DNA from: Bugula neritina
Taxonomy: Eukaryota; Animalia; Bryozoa
Direction: 5' to 3'
NCBI GenBank assembly: GCA_964035545.1
Contig: OZ037772.1
Coordinates: 8,425,150-8,489,149 of the forward strand
Length of the DNA: 64,000 nucleotides
This document shows positions 49,242 through 62,200 of this stretch, piece by piece. The stretch's first letter is position 1. The number at the start of each line of letters is the position of its first letter. The position numbers were made by a program, and so were the translations under genes. The notes below the pieces were generated by a model. It saw nothing but the letters and a program-made list of their open reading frames with translations. It had not been told where the DNA came from and searched no databases.

Positions 49242-51672
49242 ATGTCTGTGATTCAGCCATGTAAGTATACTTGCTCTGTAGAACCAATAAATTGGTTAAT
49301 GTGTTATTATTATTTTATATTGACCTTATATATTTAAACTCATCCCTACATTAATTGTTAGAAAGATGATTGATTAAAATAAACTGTATAATTTAAATGC
49401 AAACACGATGTGTGGCAAATGAATTTTTGGGTATTTCACCGTCGTTAAGCTTTTTTGGGTATTATGGTGTAAAAGTGTGAATATGTTGGTATGAATAAGA
49501 GAGTGAGTGAGTGAGTGCATGAGTAAGTAAGTGAGTAAGTCAGTGAGCGAGTGGGTGAGCGGGCAAGTGGGCGGACGGCGGGTTGGCGGGCTGGCAAGCA
49601 GACGGACGAGCGAGCGGGCAAATGAGCGAGCGGACAAGTGAGCTATGCGGCAACTGAGTGAGTGAGTGAGTGAGTGAGTGAGTGAGTGAGTGAGTGAGTG
49701 AGTGAGTGAGTGAGTGAGTGAGTGAGTGAGTGAGTGAGTGAGTGAGTGAGTGAGTGAGTGAATAAGCAAGAGAGGGAAAGATTGAGTGACAGTTGAGTAG
49801 ATATTTTAATCTAATATTGTAAAGGTTTTCTTTATTTTGCAGTTATAGAACCACATCAGATATCTCAAACACCAGTTAGCAACCAGATGCAAGAATCACA
49901 TCAGATATTTAATAATGATGTTGAGTGGACAATTCCTTTTCTCTGTGAGAATTTTATTCAAAGTCCTAGCTTTTTTATAAATGCAGTCCCGTGGATTTCC
50001 ACAGTTGATACAAACCCTCAGGATAATGTTAACACAGAAGCTAGAGTGTATTATAACAGCTGTTTAACAGAAGAACCTGATGTTCCTCTCTCTGAAGTTA
50101 TCTCTGGGGCTTTTCAAGTTTTAGGATTGATTACTACAACGGAAGTCATCTCAATTGGTGAGTATGTTTGAATAGATAAAACTAAAACCATCAAATCTTC
50201 TCTCTTATTGAAATTGCAAATTATATCAAATTCACATGACATTAAAAAGATCACAAAATAATACTATCAGTATTATTTTATAACTACTTATTTACATTCC
50301 ATGCAGTTCCTGAATTTCATCCAAACAACCAAAACTCTATTCCCATAGATTCCACAGCATATCACAGCAATCTACACCATGAAGAGTCTGATGTCCCTCT
50401 GTCTGAAGTTATATTTGGAGCTTTTGAAGTTCCAGGACTGAATCTCTTTGCAGATTACAATTTATCAAGTTAGTACTTGTTTACCACATGTCAAAAAAAA
50501 TTAACAACCTTAAAGCAAATTTTATAGCATGGTCAATTATCCTTATAAAATCTTGAATGCTTTAAAATGTCCATCTCCATGAGAAGTTCTGATAGTAAAG
50601 TGTTTTTTAACAAGCTGAGTTCTTGTTTTTGGTTGAGACAGAGGAGCAATGATGGTTAGATGCTCTTCTTGACATCACTAACAGCTTTTGCCAATGGTCA
50701 AACCCATGACCTTGATTTACCTAATGTACTGGCCTTAGCCACGAGTCCACTATAGCTGCTTCTAGATTTCCATAGTTTATTAAATATTTTATGGTTTCAT
50801 TATTAGTGACCCATGGGTAACCGATTGAAATCCACACATGTTTGTTTTTTTTTCAAAAAAAGAAGTGTATACATATAGACATTAGGATGTATTAATAACG
50901 TTAGACTAACTATGAATGAGTTTTAAATGCTACCATACCATTTATAATATTGTTTTACAGGTGAAATACAAACATGTTTGAATACAGGAGATACTTCTAA
51001 AAATCTACCAGATGTACTATACAAAAAAACTTATAATGAAAATAAGTGCAGAGATTATTCTAGAGATATAAAAAGAGATATGGAGACTTACACTGATGAA
51101 AAAGTGTATAAAATTACAAACATATCTATGGAAGTTGCTGGGCAAACAGAAAAAAATATTAAAGAGAATACAACTTTACATGATGTTTGTGAGTATGAGT
51201 CAGCACAAGAAGCTGGTGTTGAGAAGAATAAAGAAGAGCAGAACAAAAGGAAATGTTTTCAAGGTTCAACATGTAGCTACAAAACAAGACACATGAGTAA
51301 TCTCAACAATCACATGAGAAAACATACTGGAGAGAAGCCATTTCTATGTCATATATTTGTAAGAATGCATTCAGTCTCAAAAACAACCTAAAGCAACATA
51401 TGAGGACACATACTGAAGAGAAACCATTTTCATGCAATGCGTGTAATAAATCATTCACTCAAAAGGGTAACCTCATTTCACATATGAGGACACACACTAG
51501 AGAGAAGCCATATCAGTGCAATGTGTGCGAAAAATCATTTGCTCATAAAAGTGATCTAACTAGACATATGAGAACACATAGTGGAGAGAAGCCATTTCTA
51601 TGTAATGTGTGTAATAAATCGTTCACTCAAATATATAACCTAACCAGACATATGAGGACACACACTGTTTAA
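49242..51672 (+). pseudogene. C2H2 ZNF copy G, frameshifted in finger 2
   Basis: Exons 49242-49260, 49843-50157 (internally shortened), 50307-50468 and 50961 onward. A 2-nt AT duplication near 51352 (tgtcatatatttgt), Cys>Gly in the first finger, TAA at 51670 and a decayed last finger after it. Confidence 0.8.
49500..49762 (+). repeat. (GTGA)n / (GCGA,GCGG)n tract in intron 1 of ZNF G
   Basis: Direct. Confidence 0.92.
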
Positions 51673-53031
51673 AAGCCATTTCTATGTCATGTGTATAAGG
51701 AGTTATTCACTCGTAAAGCTAGCCTTTTATAATCTCACACTAAAATACATTCTAAGAATCAGTCTGGTCTACCATAGTCTCAGTATAGCTGCAAAGCTGC
51801 TGTATTAAAAATTCAAATTGTTTCTCTTATGAAAAACACTCGGATAAACAAGTAGCTCACCATCGGGGTGATGTTTGAAAATTATTCTAATTTGTATTTG
51901 ACAGATATAAAATAGGAAGGAACCATTGTTAATCCAATAAATATATCTGGAAATACAAAGCAGTTTTACTGCATAAATGTGTATATATAGTTGATGGATG
52001 GTAAGGATATTTTAACACACATCTGTCTATTTGAATTTAACATGAATACAATATAAACTTTAGACACTGGACTAGTACAAGAAAGCTGGATAAACCTAGA
52101 CATTATATGAACAGAAGTATTATATGTGAAGTCTCTTTAAGTATTATTTGTTACTTTTAAGCAATTTTATACACATAGTCTAAGACAAAAGATCTCAGTA
52201 TTCTTTAGTTTATTAAAGTTTCATGTCATGTAGTACACTTAGGTTTTGCTTTATTAGTTTTATGTTACAGAAGTTATAGTATTCTTGGTGAAAACATGAT
52301 ATATAAAACAAATGTCGTTTTTATTTGTTCACTAATTAACTTTGTTTAATAAAGCTTCTATTTTACAGCCAATATATTCACACAGTTTAGTATCAGTTCT
52401 TACTCATTTTATTACTGTAAAAGTATATTTTTTGTGACACGTCTCTGCTGTTTTTTTAAATTGTCCAAAAAACATATATGTGGTTAGTCTCAAGTTGAGA
52501 TACTGTTGTTATAACTATGACGTTCTTGACAGCATTAGCTTTTTTGGTAATACTTTTAATGTTTATTTTGGTATAGTAAAATATAGATTTTGTGCAATGC
52601 CTTCAAAATTGAAACATTGATACTGAAAAATTAGGTTTTTTTGTGACATATATCTACAGCATATACGTTATCATGCATCAGGAATAACGAAGCAATGCTT
52701 TCATGTTGAAATACTATTGCAACTCTGCTTCCCAAACAGCTTTGCATGGTAGTGATGAAATAATATTATTTGTATAATGCTTATTTTGGTTTAGCACAAA
52801 AAATCTTTTTCTGTGTTACATCTTCAAGATTGAAACAAGCAAAACCACTTTATATATACCAGCTTATCAGCTTTATCTCAAAAACTCAATTTAATATAAT
52901 TTGAGACAACTAATGGAATTTGTCATGAATTTTTATCAGAAAGAATTGACCTTCCTTTTTAAATAGACCCTTTTGCAATACTCCTGGTAATCAATTTTAC
53001 AAATAAGAGTTACTTCCACCTAATATAGAAT

Positions 53032-53977
53032 CTACTTATAGTTATTACAGCTGCCACATCGTCATTGCTCAAAAATTAAAATCACGGAAGTGCTTTGTGC
53101 AGCTTTTTTTTTATAAATTTTTCAAGAAAAGGTGCTTTCAACAATTTTTTCAAAACTACTAATATGTGTGCTTATACCAAACGAAACTATTCTATAGCAT
53201 AGTTGGGAGTTCATGTAGCAGTCAGACTTTCATTGTCTATAGTGAGTTTGCTATTTATATTTTGGTTGAAATATTTTCCTGGTAAGAGGAATTAAACAAT
53301 TTTCTTAAAGTGGGTAACAGAGGTATTGTAAAAGAATCTATTCTTCATCAACAGCGCAAAACTGCATTATATAACTGGGAGGCAATGAAAGGAAAAGTAA
53401 CATGTTCTGGGTCTAAACAATGTAAGATTTCTATACTGTACTGTACCAGGAAGGTAGAACAATGATTTTTACTGTATCATAAAATTATCATAGTAGTCTA
53501 TAGCAGCATAATGTTTTGGCTTTTTTTATAATTATTCATTGCAGTTATAGCTATTGCATATTAAAAGCTGATATAACAATGGTTCCTGTATTTAAGGATA
53601 GAGTTCTTTTGTGCATCAAGCAACAGTGTAATGCAAGTTTAGCACTGTTATTAAACAATAGACTCTTTTTCAATACTTCTGGTACTCACTTTACAAAGGC
53701 TGTTTTTTGCTACCTCAGGTATTTAGTTCAACCATAATATAGAAAGCAACCTCACTATAGAAACTTAGTCTGATTGCTATACATAAAATCTCAACTATGC
53801 TATCGAATAGTTTTTTATGAACTAAATATTTTGGTATAAGCACACATTTTAAGGTTGCTTTAAAAACATTTTGAAAAATATTTGTTCTTGAAAATTTTAT
53901 GAAGAAGGCTTCAAAGCACTTTAGTAGTTTTAATTATTGATCATTGCTGAAGAGACAGCTGTGATAACTATAACTAG
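53032..53977. repeat. old ~340-bp-arm inverted repeat (foldback element) between convergent ZNF G and H
   Basis: 53032-53370 aligns to the reverse complement of 53629-53977 (e.g. atgtgtgcttataccaaa / tttggtataagcacacat; tctatagtgag / ctcactataga; atagcatagttg / caactatgctat). Confidence 0.75.
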
Positions 53978-54530
53978 TTATAGCAAAAGTATCCCAACTC
54001 GAGAGCAATTATGTACGGTTTTTCTGACAATGTAAAGATTTGGTAATGTACGTATAACAGACCATATAATTTTACTAAAATGAGAAGGAACTGATACTAA
54101 ACTGTGTAAACATATTGGCTGTTAAATAGAAGCTTTCATTAAACAAAGATGTGAATTAAACAAGATAAAGAAACTTTTGTTTTATATCTCATGTTTTCAC
54201 CAAGAATACAATAGCTTCAGTAACATAAAATCATTAAAATAAGACCTAAGTACTATATGCAGCATAAAATTTGAATAAACTAAAAAACACTGAGTAAATA
54301 TTATGTTGATATGTTCTAGAAAATGTTTTATATTAAATCTCTTAAAAATAATAATAAAAATGAAGACAAATTCTCAACTCTGGATACAAAAAGTATTACT
54401 TCTGCACATGTCTAGTTTTTTGTTATCATAGAAAATACAAAAAATACATGAAAATGCAAAAAAATTCCTTCCCATTTTATCTGGCAAATGAAGGATAGAA
54501 GAATAGTCACTTGATTTATGGTAGAACAAA

Positions 54531-57130
54531 TTAATGTTTAGTATGTATTTTAGTGTGTGAATGAAGGTTAGATTTTTGATTGAACGATTTATTACAAACA
54601 TTACATAGAAATGGCTTCTCTCCACTATGTGTTCTCATATGTCTAGTTAGGTCACCTTTATAAGCAAATGCTTTTTTGCACACATTGCACTGATATGGCT
54701 TCTCTCTAGTGTGTGTCCTCATATGTGAAATGAGGTTGCTTTTTTGAATGAATGATTTTTTACATGCATTGCATGAAAATGGTTTCTCTCCAGTATGTGT
54801 CCTCATATGTTGCTTTAGGTTGAATTTGAGACTGAATGCATTCTTACAAATATGACATAGAAATGGCTTCTCTCCAGTATGTTTTCTCATGTGATTGTTG
54901 AGATTACCCATGTGTCTTGTCTTGTAGCTACATATTGAACATTGAAAACATTTCCTTTTGTTCTGCAGTTCTTTATCTTTCTCAAGATCAGCTCCTTGTG
55001 TTGACCTGTAGGCAGAAACGTCATGTCCAGTTGTCTTCTCTTTGAACATTTTTCCTGTCGCCCCAACAACATCCATAGGTATGTTTGTAATTTTATACAC
55101 TTTTTCATCACTGTAAGTATCTATATTTCTTTTTATATTTCTAGAATAATCTCTGCACTTATTTTCATTATAAGTTTCTACATCTGGTAGGTTTTTAAAA
55201 GTATCTCCTGTATCTGAACGCGTTTGTAATTCACCTGTAAGACAATATTATATAAATGGTATGGTAGCATTCAAAACTCATTCATAGTTAGCTTACCATT
55301 ATTAATACATCCTATAATGTCTATATGTATACTTCTTTTTTGGAAAGAAAAACATCCGTGGATTTCAATCGGTTACCCATGGGTGACTAATAATGAAACC
55401 ATAAAATATTCAATAAACTATGGAAATTTAAAAGCAGTTATAGTGAACTCTGGATAAGATCAGTGCAAAGTACTTAAAAAAAGGTCATGGGTTTGACCAT
55501 TGGTAACAGATGTTAGTGATGTCAAGAAGAGCATCTAGCCATCATTGCTCCTGTGTTTCAACCAAAAACAAGTGCTCAGCTTGTTAAAAAAAACTTTACT
55601 ATATCAGAACTTCTCATGGAGATGGACATTTTAAAGCAGTCAAGAGTTTATAAGGATCATTGACCCTGCTATAAAATGTTCTTTAAGGTTGTTAATTTTT
55701 TTGACATGTGCAGTAAACAAGTACTAACTCGGTAAATTGTAATCTGCAGAGATATTCAGTACTGGAACTTCAAAAGCTCCAAATATAACTTCAGACAAAG
55801 GAACATCAGGCTCTTCATGTGGATTGCCGTCATATGCTGTAGCATCTATGGGAATAGCGTTTCGGTTGTTTGGATGAACTTCATGATCTATTGTAAATAA
55901 GTAATTCTATAAATAATTATTTGATAGTATTATTGTTTCATTTTTTAATATCGTGTATTTTGATAAAATTTGCACTTTTAATGAGAGAGAAGATTTGATG
56001 GTTTAAGTTTGATCTATCTAATCATACTCACCAGTTGAGATGAATTCCATTGTAGTAGTCAATCCTAAAACTTGAAAAGCCTCAGAGATAACTTTAGACA
56101 GAGGAGCTTCAGGTTCCTTTGATGGTAGATAGTTTTCTTGTACTGCATTTTGTTTTCTGAGAAGTTCTAACTGTTGGTGGTATCTAAATTTGTCTGCAAA
56201 TCCATTTTCTACACTTTCTTCTACATATTTGTTAGACACTGTTGTTAGCATATTGAGGAAAGTTTGATTGTCTGTATTGGCATTAAAACTTTGAGAGTCT
56301 AAAATCACTGAGTGTCTCTCAGTGCTGTTATTGGTTACCAAAGGATTCCACTCAGCATTATACTCATCTCTACAATATGGTTCTTGTCTGTAAGGATCAG
56401 GATCCTTGAATGAATAGTTTCCACCTATAATTCTGAAAGCCCCAGAAATAACTTCAGACAGAGGATTTTCAAATATTTTTGGTAGACTGCAGTTGCTATA
56501 TGGTGAAGTATCCATGTTCATAAAACAGTCAGTTTTTGTATTAACTGTAGAAGTCATAGCAACTGAGCTTACAGAGAAGCTATGACTTTGAACAAGGTTT
56601 TCACAGAAAGCAGGACTCTTCCACCAGACATCATTTTCAAAGATCTGATATGGCTCTTGCATCTGTTTGCTTAGTGTTTGAAGAGCTGCCTGTGGTTCCA
56701 TTACTGCAAAATAAAGGCAGCCTTAACAAACTTACATTAAAACATCTATATACTCAAAACTCAAGAATTCCTATAAATGGTGTGTGTGTTTTTTTTAAAT
56801 TGTGCACAATTTAAAGAAAACACACACACACTCACTCACTCACTCACTCATTCACTCACTCATTCACTCACTCATTCACTCACTCATGAACTCACTCACT
56901 CCAGCATACACACATTTACACAGTAATTAAGACCGAAAACCAAATAACAGTGAAATATGCACAAGTTCATTTACCACCCAGCATGTTTACACCTAAGTTA
57001 TACAAATTATTTTAATCAATCATCTTGTTAATAAATAGTGGATAAAGAAGGCCATCATGAAATAGTAGCTTAAACTAACCAATTAATTATTTCCACAGTG
57101 TTTATACTTACATGGTTTCATCACAGGCAT
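54531..57130 (-). CDS. C2H2 ZNF copy H, 5 fingers, intact, ~517 aa
   Basis: Exons 57130-57112, 56703-56032, 55887-55729, 55234-54531; phase-1 GT-AG introns; ORF open (1554 nt). Confidence 0.85.
56821..56901 (-). repeat. (GTGA)n tract in intron 1 of ZNF H (reads TCAC on +)
   Basis: Direct. Confidence 0.9.
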
Positions 57131-57988
57131 GGCAGATGATCTGAACACTTCCAGAGAACACTGGAAAGAGAACTAGCAAGTTTTGGATATAAAAACTGTG
57201 AGACATTCACTGTAAACTATGAGGCTAAGGTTAAACAATGATTTGTACTGTAACACAGTCATCTAACAGCATAATGTCTTGGCTATATTTGTTTATAATT
57301 AATCATTGCAGCTAGCTATTACACATTGGAAAGCTGATGAAACAATGTGTTAGACCTGTCCCTTTGTCCTTCAAGTATTAGTGGTATACATTTTGTGCAT
57401 GGTTAACAAAATATTCAAAAAGGATGGCCAAGTATTTTTGATAAAAAACATCACAACCCCAATCTGCTGTTTCAAATTAAATTGAATAAACAGTGGAGAT
57501 AAAACTGATAGATAGAAGAAAATGTTTTTATTAAATGAAGATGTGAATAGAACAAGATAGAGAAAATTTTGTTTTATATCTCATGTTTTCACTAAGAATA
57601 CTACAACTTCAGTAACATAAAAATATTAGAGCAAGACCTAAGTACTGTACGACATAAAATTTCAATAAACTAAAAAATACAGAGATTTTATGCCCTAGAC
57701 TATATATTGTGTTATAGCAAGTATCTTAAAAAACAATTTCAATAAAAGATAAAAACAAACTGTCAGCTGTAGATAGAATAAATATTACTTCTGCGCCTTG
57801 CATGTCTAGGTTTTTGTTACTACAGAAATGTACATAGAAATAAAGATGCTTCCTTCTTATTTTATCGGTGAAGTTCAATTTAGAATAATTTTCAACTATC
57901 ACCATCAGAGAGGCAACGTTCCTGTGCGTGCCTTTCTATAAAAAAAACTTGCAGTTCAATATATATAGCCAATTTGTAGTAGTTTATA

Positions 57989-59235
57989 TTATGGTAGCGT
58001 AGATTGATTTTTAGTGTGTATTTTATTGTGTAAATAAAGGTTAGCTTTTTGGTTGAATGATTTATTACACACATTGCATAGAAATGGTTTCTCTCCTGTA
58101 TGTGTCCTCATATGTTGTTGTAGAAGAGCATTGCGACTGAATGCACTTTTACAAATATGACATGGAAATGGTTTTTCTCCAGTGTGTGTTCTCAAATGTA
58201 CAACAAGATTCGATTTTTGAGTAAATGACTTATTACACACATTGCATAGAAATGGTTTCTCTCCATTGTGAGTTCGCATATGTAAAACTAGACCACATTT
58301 TCGAGTGAATGATTTCTTACACACATTGCATAGGAATGGTTTCTCTCCATTGTGAGTTCGCATATGTAAAACTAGACTACATTTTCGAGTGAATGATTTC
58401 TTACACACATTGCATACAAAGAGTTTCTCTCCTGTATGTATCCTCATATGCCGTTTCAGGGTAGTTCTGTGACTGAATGAATTTTTACAAAAATGACATG
58501 GATATGGTTTCTCTCCGGTGTGCGTCCTGATATGACTGATGAGAGCATTTCTCCAGGCAAAAGCAGCTCGGCATATTTCACATATAAATGACTTTGTTCC
58601 AGTATGCTTTATCATGTGCCGGTTGAGATTACCCATGTGTCTTGTCTTGTAGCTACATAGCGAACATTTAAAACATTTCCTCTCAATCTGCTGCTCTGTA
58701 TTCTTCTCAACACCAGCCTCTTGTGTTGATCTACACTCACACACATCATAGACAGTTGTCTTCTCTTTGATCACTTTTTCTTTATGATCAAAGAGCTCTA
58801 TAGATTTTTTGGCAAAGTTATACACTTCTTGATCAGTCTGAGTTTCTTTTTTATATGCACTGCTGCTTCTAATATTGCCTTAAACATGCATAATTTTTGT
58901 TGAAAAAAAAACACATGCTTTTAATTCTGCTACCCATGTGTGCCTAATTCTTTACAGAATTTTACACAATTTTAAAAACAGTCATGATTTGATGGAGCCG
59001 GATTATTACATTCGCTTCAAAACGTGCATATCAGGTTGTTGAACATTATTTTGACATGTGTTAAACAAATACTAACCTGATGATTTGTAGTCCACTGAAA
59101 GATTCCATCCTAAAACTTTAAAAACCGCAGAAACGGTTTCAGACAATGGATTATCAGGTTCTTCAGGTAGAGAGTGGTCATATGTTGAAGCTTCTCTAAG
59201 ATGAGAGTGTTGGTTGCTTGCATCAACTGTGGGAA
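57989..59235 (-). pseudogene. ZNF copy I: exon 3 (59235-59077) plus an 8-finger exon (ORF 58825-57989); exons 1-2 not found
   Basis: Eight intact fingers; exon 3 is open, with motif LPEEPDNPLSETVSAVFKVLG. Homology to the family stops near 59375 and the normal finger-exon acceptor is missing. Could still be expressed. Confidence 0.65.
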
Positions 59236-62200
59236 CTGAAATATAAAGAAGTAAAATTAAAAACTAAATCTTGGCAAATCTATAATTTTTTTATCCTTTA
59301 ATATTATGTGATTTCAATTTAATTAGCAATTTCAATTAGAGAAAAACTTTGATAGCTTTAGTTTTATCTATTTAATCCAGTATATATTTTCCTAGAATGT
59401 TGTTTAGAGACATAAAAAAACTGCCTATGCACAACATACTTTGCATCTGTTTAGTATTTCGTAATTAGACATAAAAAAATCAAAGCCAATTATAAGGCAA
59501 AAGACCATAATACTGTACTATCATTGGATAGTTCTTCATCAATAAACAGGTAGTCGCCAGTGGTGGATATGAACCCCTCCTAGATGTTTCTTGTACTTCT
59601 TCCTCAAAAAACATTTTCATTAAGCCAAAAAGAAATAACAATACACCTTTTTAGTAGACACTTTTTAATTTCTGACTGATATTTCACCTTATTTCCAATT
59701 ATAATTAACTTTTAACCAGCACTTTTCTTTGTAGTAATTCCTACCCTTTAGACTGTGTACTTTGAAATGAGTCTGTTTTACTTGTTACATAAAGTATAGT
59801 TGCACTGGCTACAGGTTGACACAAAAGCAAGCCTATCTTGATAAAATCATGCGCAAATGTAGAAACTACCGGGGAGTTTGTTCCTCATAATTAGAAATTG
59901 ACAAATTATTTTTAATCCGTTTAAAAGCATCTGGTTAGGGAAGCATATGCCGCGTTCAATTTGTTATTCTAGCATTAACAATAACAGAATGCAATAATTA
60001 TAAGTTTATGAAAGTAATTTGTTTTCTTTCTAATTACAAATATAATATTTTAGTATATATTGTAAATTTATAAGGCTTGCATTAGGAATAACGCAGCTAA
60101 AACATCATTTTCCTTAAAGTCTTAAAAATATATAAGTATAACATAATACACTATGCCAATAAACTTATTAAAGTACCAAGCAAGCTTAGCTAGTTTAAGA
60201 AAAATTACACTAGGTAAATTCCCATTATTTATAGAATGCTTGCTGATATTAGCTTTTGATGTAATTAAAGTAAATTATTATTTATCTTTCTAGCTAAGGA
60301 TTTCTTGCCGTAAGTTTTGCTTTTATGCATGGAGAAATGTCGTAACAAACGAGTTAAATTTTTATAGCACATAAAAATGTAATCTATAAGTCGAAGATAT
60401 TTAAACTTAGCCATTAACTCATTTTAATTAGCAATGTAGCCTAAATCTAATACAATACAAAATATATACCAGTATATATAATATATTTTTACCATGCTGT
60501 TAATTACAGTATTTGTAAAACAAATTTTATGCTCATTAATTAAATGCAACAAATATTTATAAAATAATAATAATGTTAAATAAATAAATTCAATAATTCC
60601 TTTTCTATTTAAATGGCTGCATAATTTCTTGCAAGGTTGTATAAAGGAGTTGTGGCCCACAACTTATTATGTGTTCAATTGCCACATATGTCTTAGGAAG
60701 AAGAAAACTCCCCAAAAATTCTTGGTTTGAAAATTCTAGTATAATTAAAATCACTTAATATATGTCTTTGAAATGCATTTTGCCACTCTGCAAAATTGCA
60801 GGAACAAATATTGCATGAAGTAATAAATGATTTATGAAGTAATTAACAAACCAATGTAAAAACTGTTGTTGTATATAGAACACAACATATTGATTTTCTT
60901 CAATTTCCACATCAAATCTATATATTCAATTATATCTAACCAATGCTAATAAACTAAACATGCATGCATACAAATATTTGCATCATATGCAAGTAATATT
61001 AGCTAATTAGCAACTATAGCATTTTTTTCATTATCTTTATTGCTTGCACATGTCTAAGTATTATTAAAATAAGGTTTTTATTTGCAACTTTGCACCACAA
61101 ATTACATAAAATCTAAAAACTTGAGTTGTGACATGCATTAGGGCTACCTATACACAAATAGACCTTCATAAAACTCTCAATGATTTTATTCAACTCATGT
61201 ATGCAAAAGTTTTGCATTAAAACAATTCTTCTAAATCACCCTAGAGCAGGAAATTATTACAAAAACAGCTTCTCATATATAATCTTTCTCCAGATTAATT
61301 TTTTTTCCTGTATTTAAACTAACTTAGCAAGTGAAGATTGTGATATCACTCAGGTAATCACATATATATTATTCATAGCTGTAATACTTTAGCAATGAAT
61401 AGATCATGTTTAATTTCCACTCTACCTAGCAGTTTTTCAGAATTATAGAGCTATGTATATCGTGAAATTGGAATAGCCTAATAGTTTTACATGTGTTTAT
61501 AGTTAGACAAATTAACTTAAAAAGCTTACAATAATTAGATGATATTTGCATTCTTTTGAAGGTTATGGTGAAGCTACTGCAAAACTGGCCATTAGTTTAG
61601 CATAATATGCAATGCCACGCAAAAGCATGCCAAACAAGCAATGTTTATTTACCTTACCAGTGCAATTTTATCACCTTAAACACAAAAGCAAGTATAAAAT
61701 ACACATCCATATTAGATTAACTGTCAAGTTAAAAAAAGACAACATATATTCATGAGCTGGTTCTGTTTGCACAAGTACAATTTAGACCAGCTTATTATTT
61801 AGATTGCCACAAAAATATGACGTAAAATATGTCTTTAATCATTATTTTGATATTCACTGGTTGAAGATATTTTTTATATCCTAATATGTAAATATTGTAC
61901 ATAAATCTTAAAAATTAACTAGGTGAATAAGGAAAACTGCTAATTTTATGAAACTGTTATGTTAATAAAGACAATGGCTATCAACAAATCCCACCAGACC
62001 ACAAACTAATTGTAAATACTAAAGCAATTATATAGTGCTATGTGTTGATCTAGCCTAGTCAATACACCACAAATATGTATTATGACATACCACATTTTAA
62101 GTACTGGGTTACCATTTATTCTAATGGGTATTTGTTTAAACTGTTATATACAGCTTTTTGCACTACTAATATACAAGCCAGTTGTTATTCTGTCACTTTT

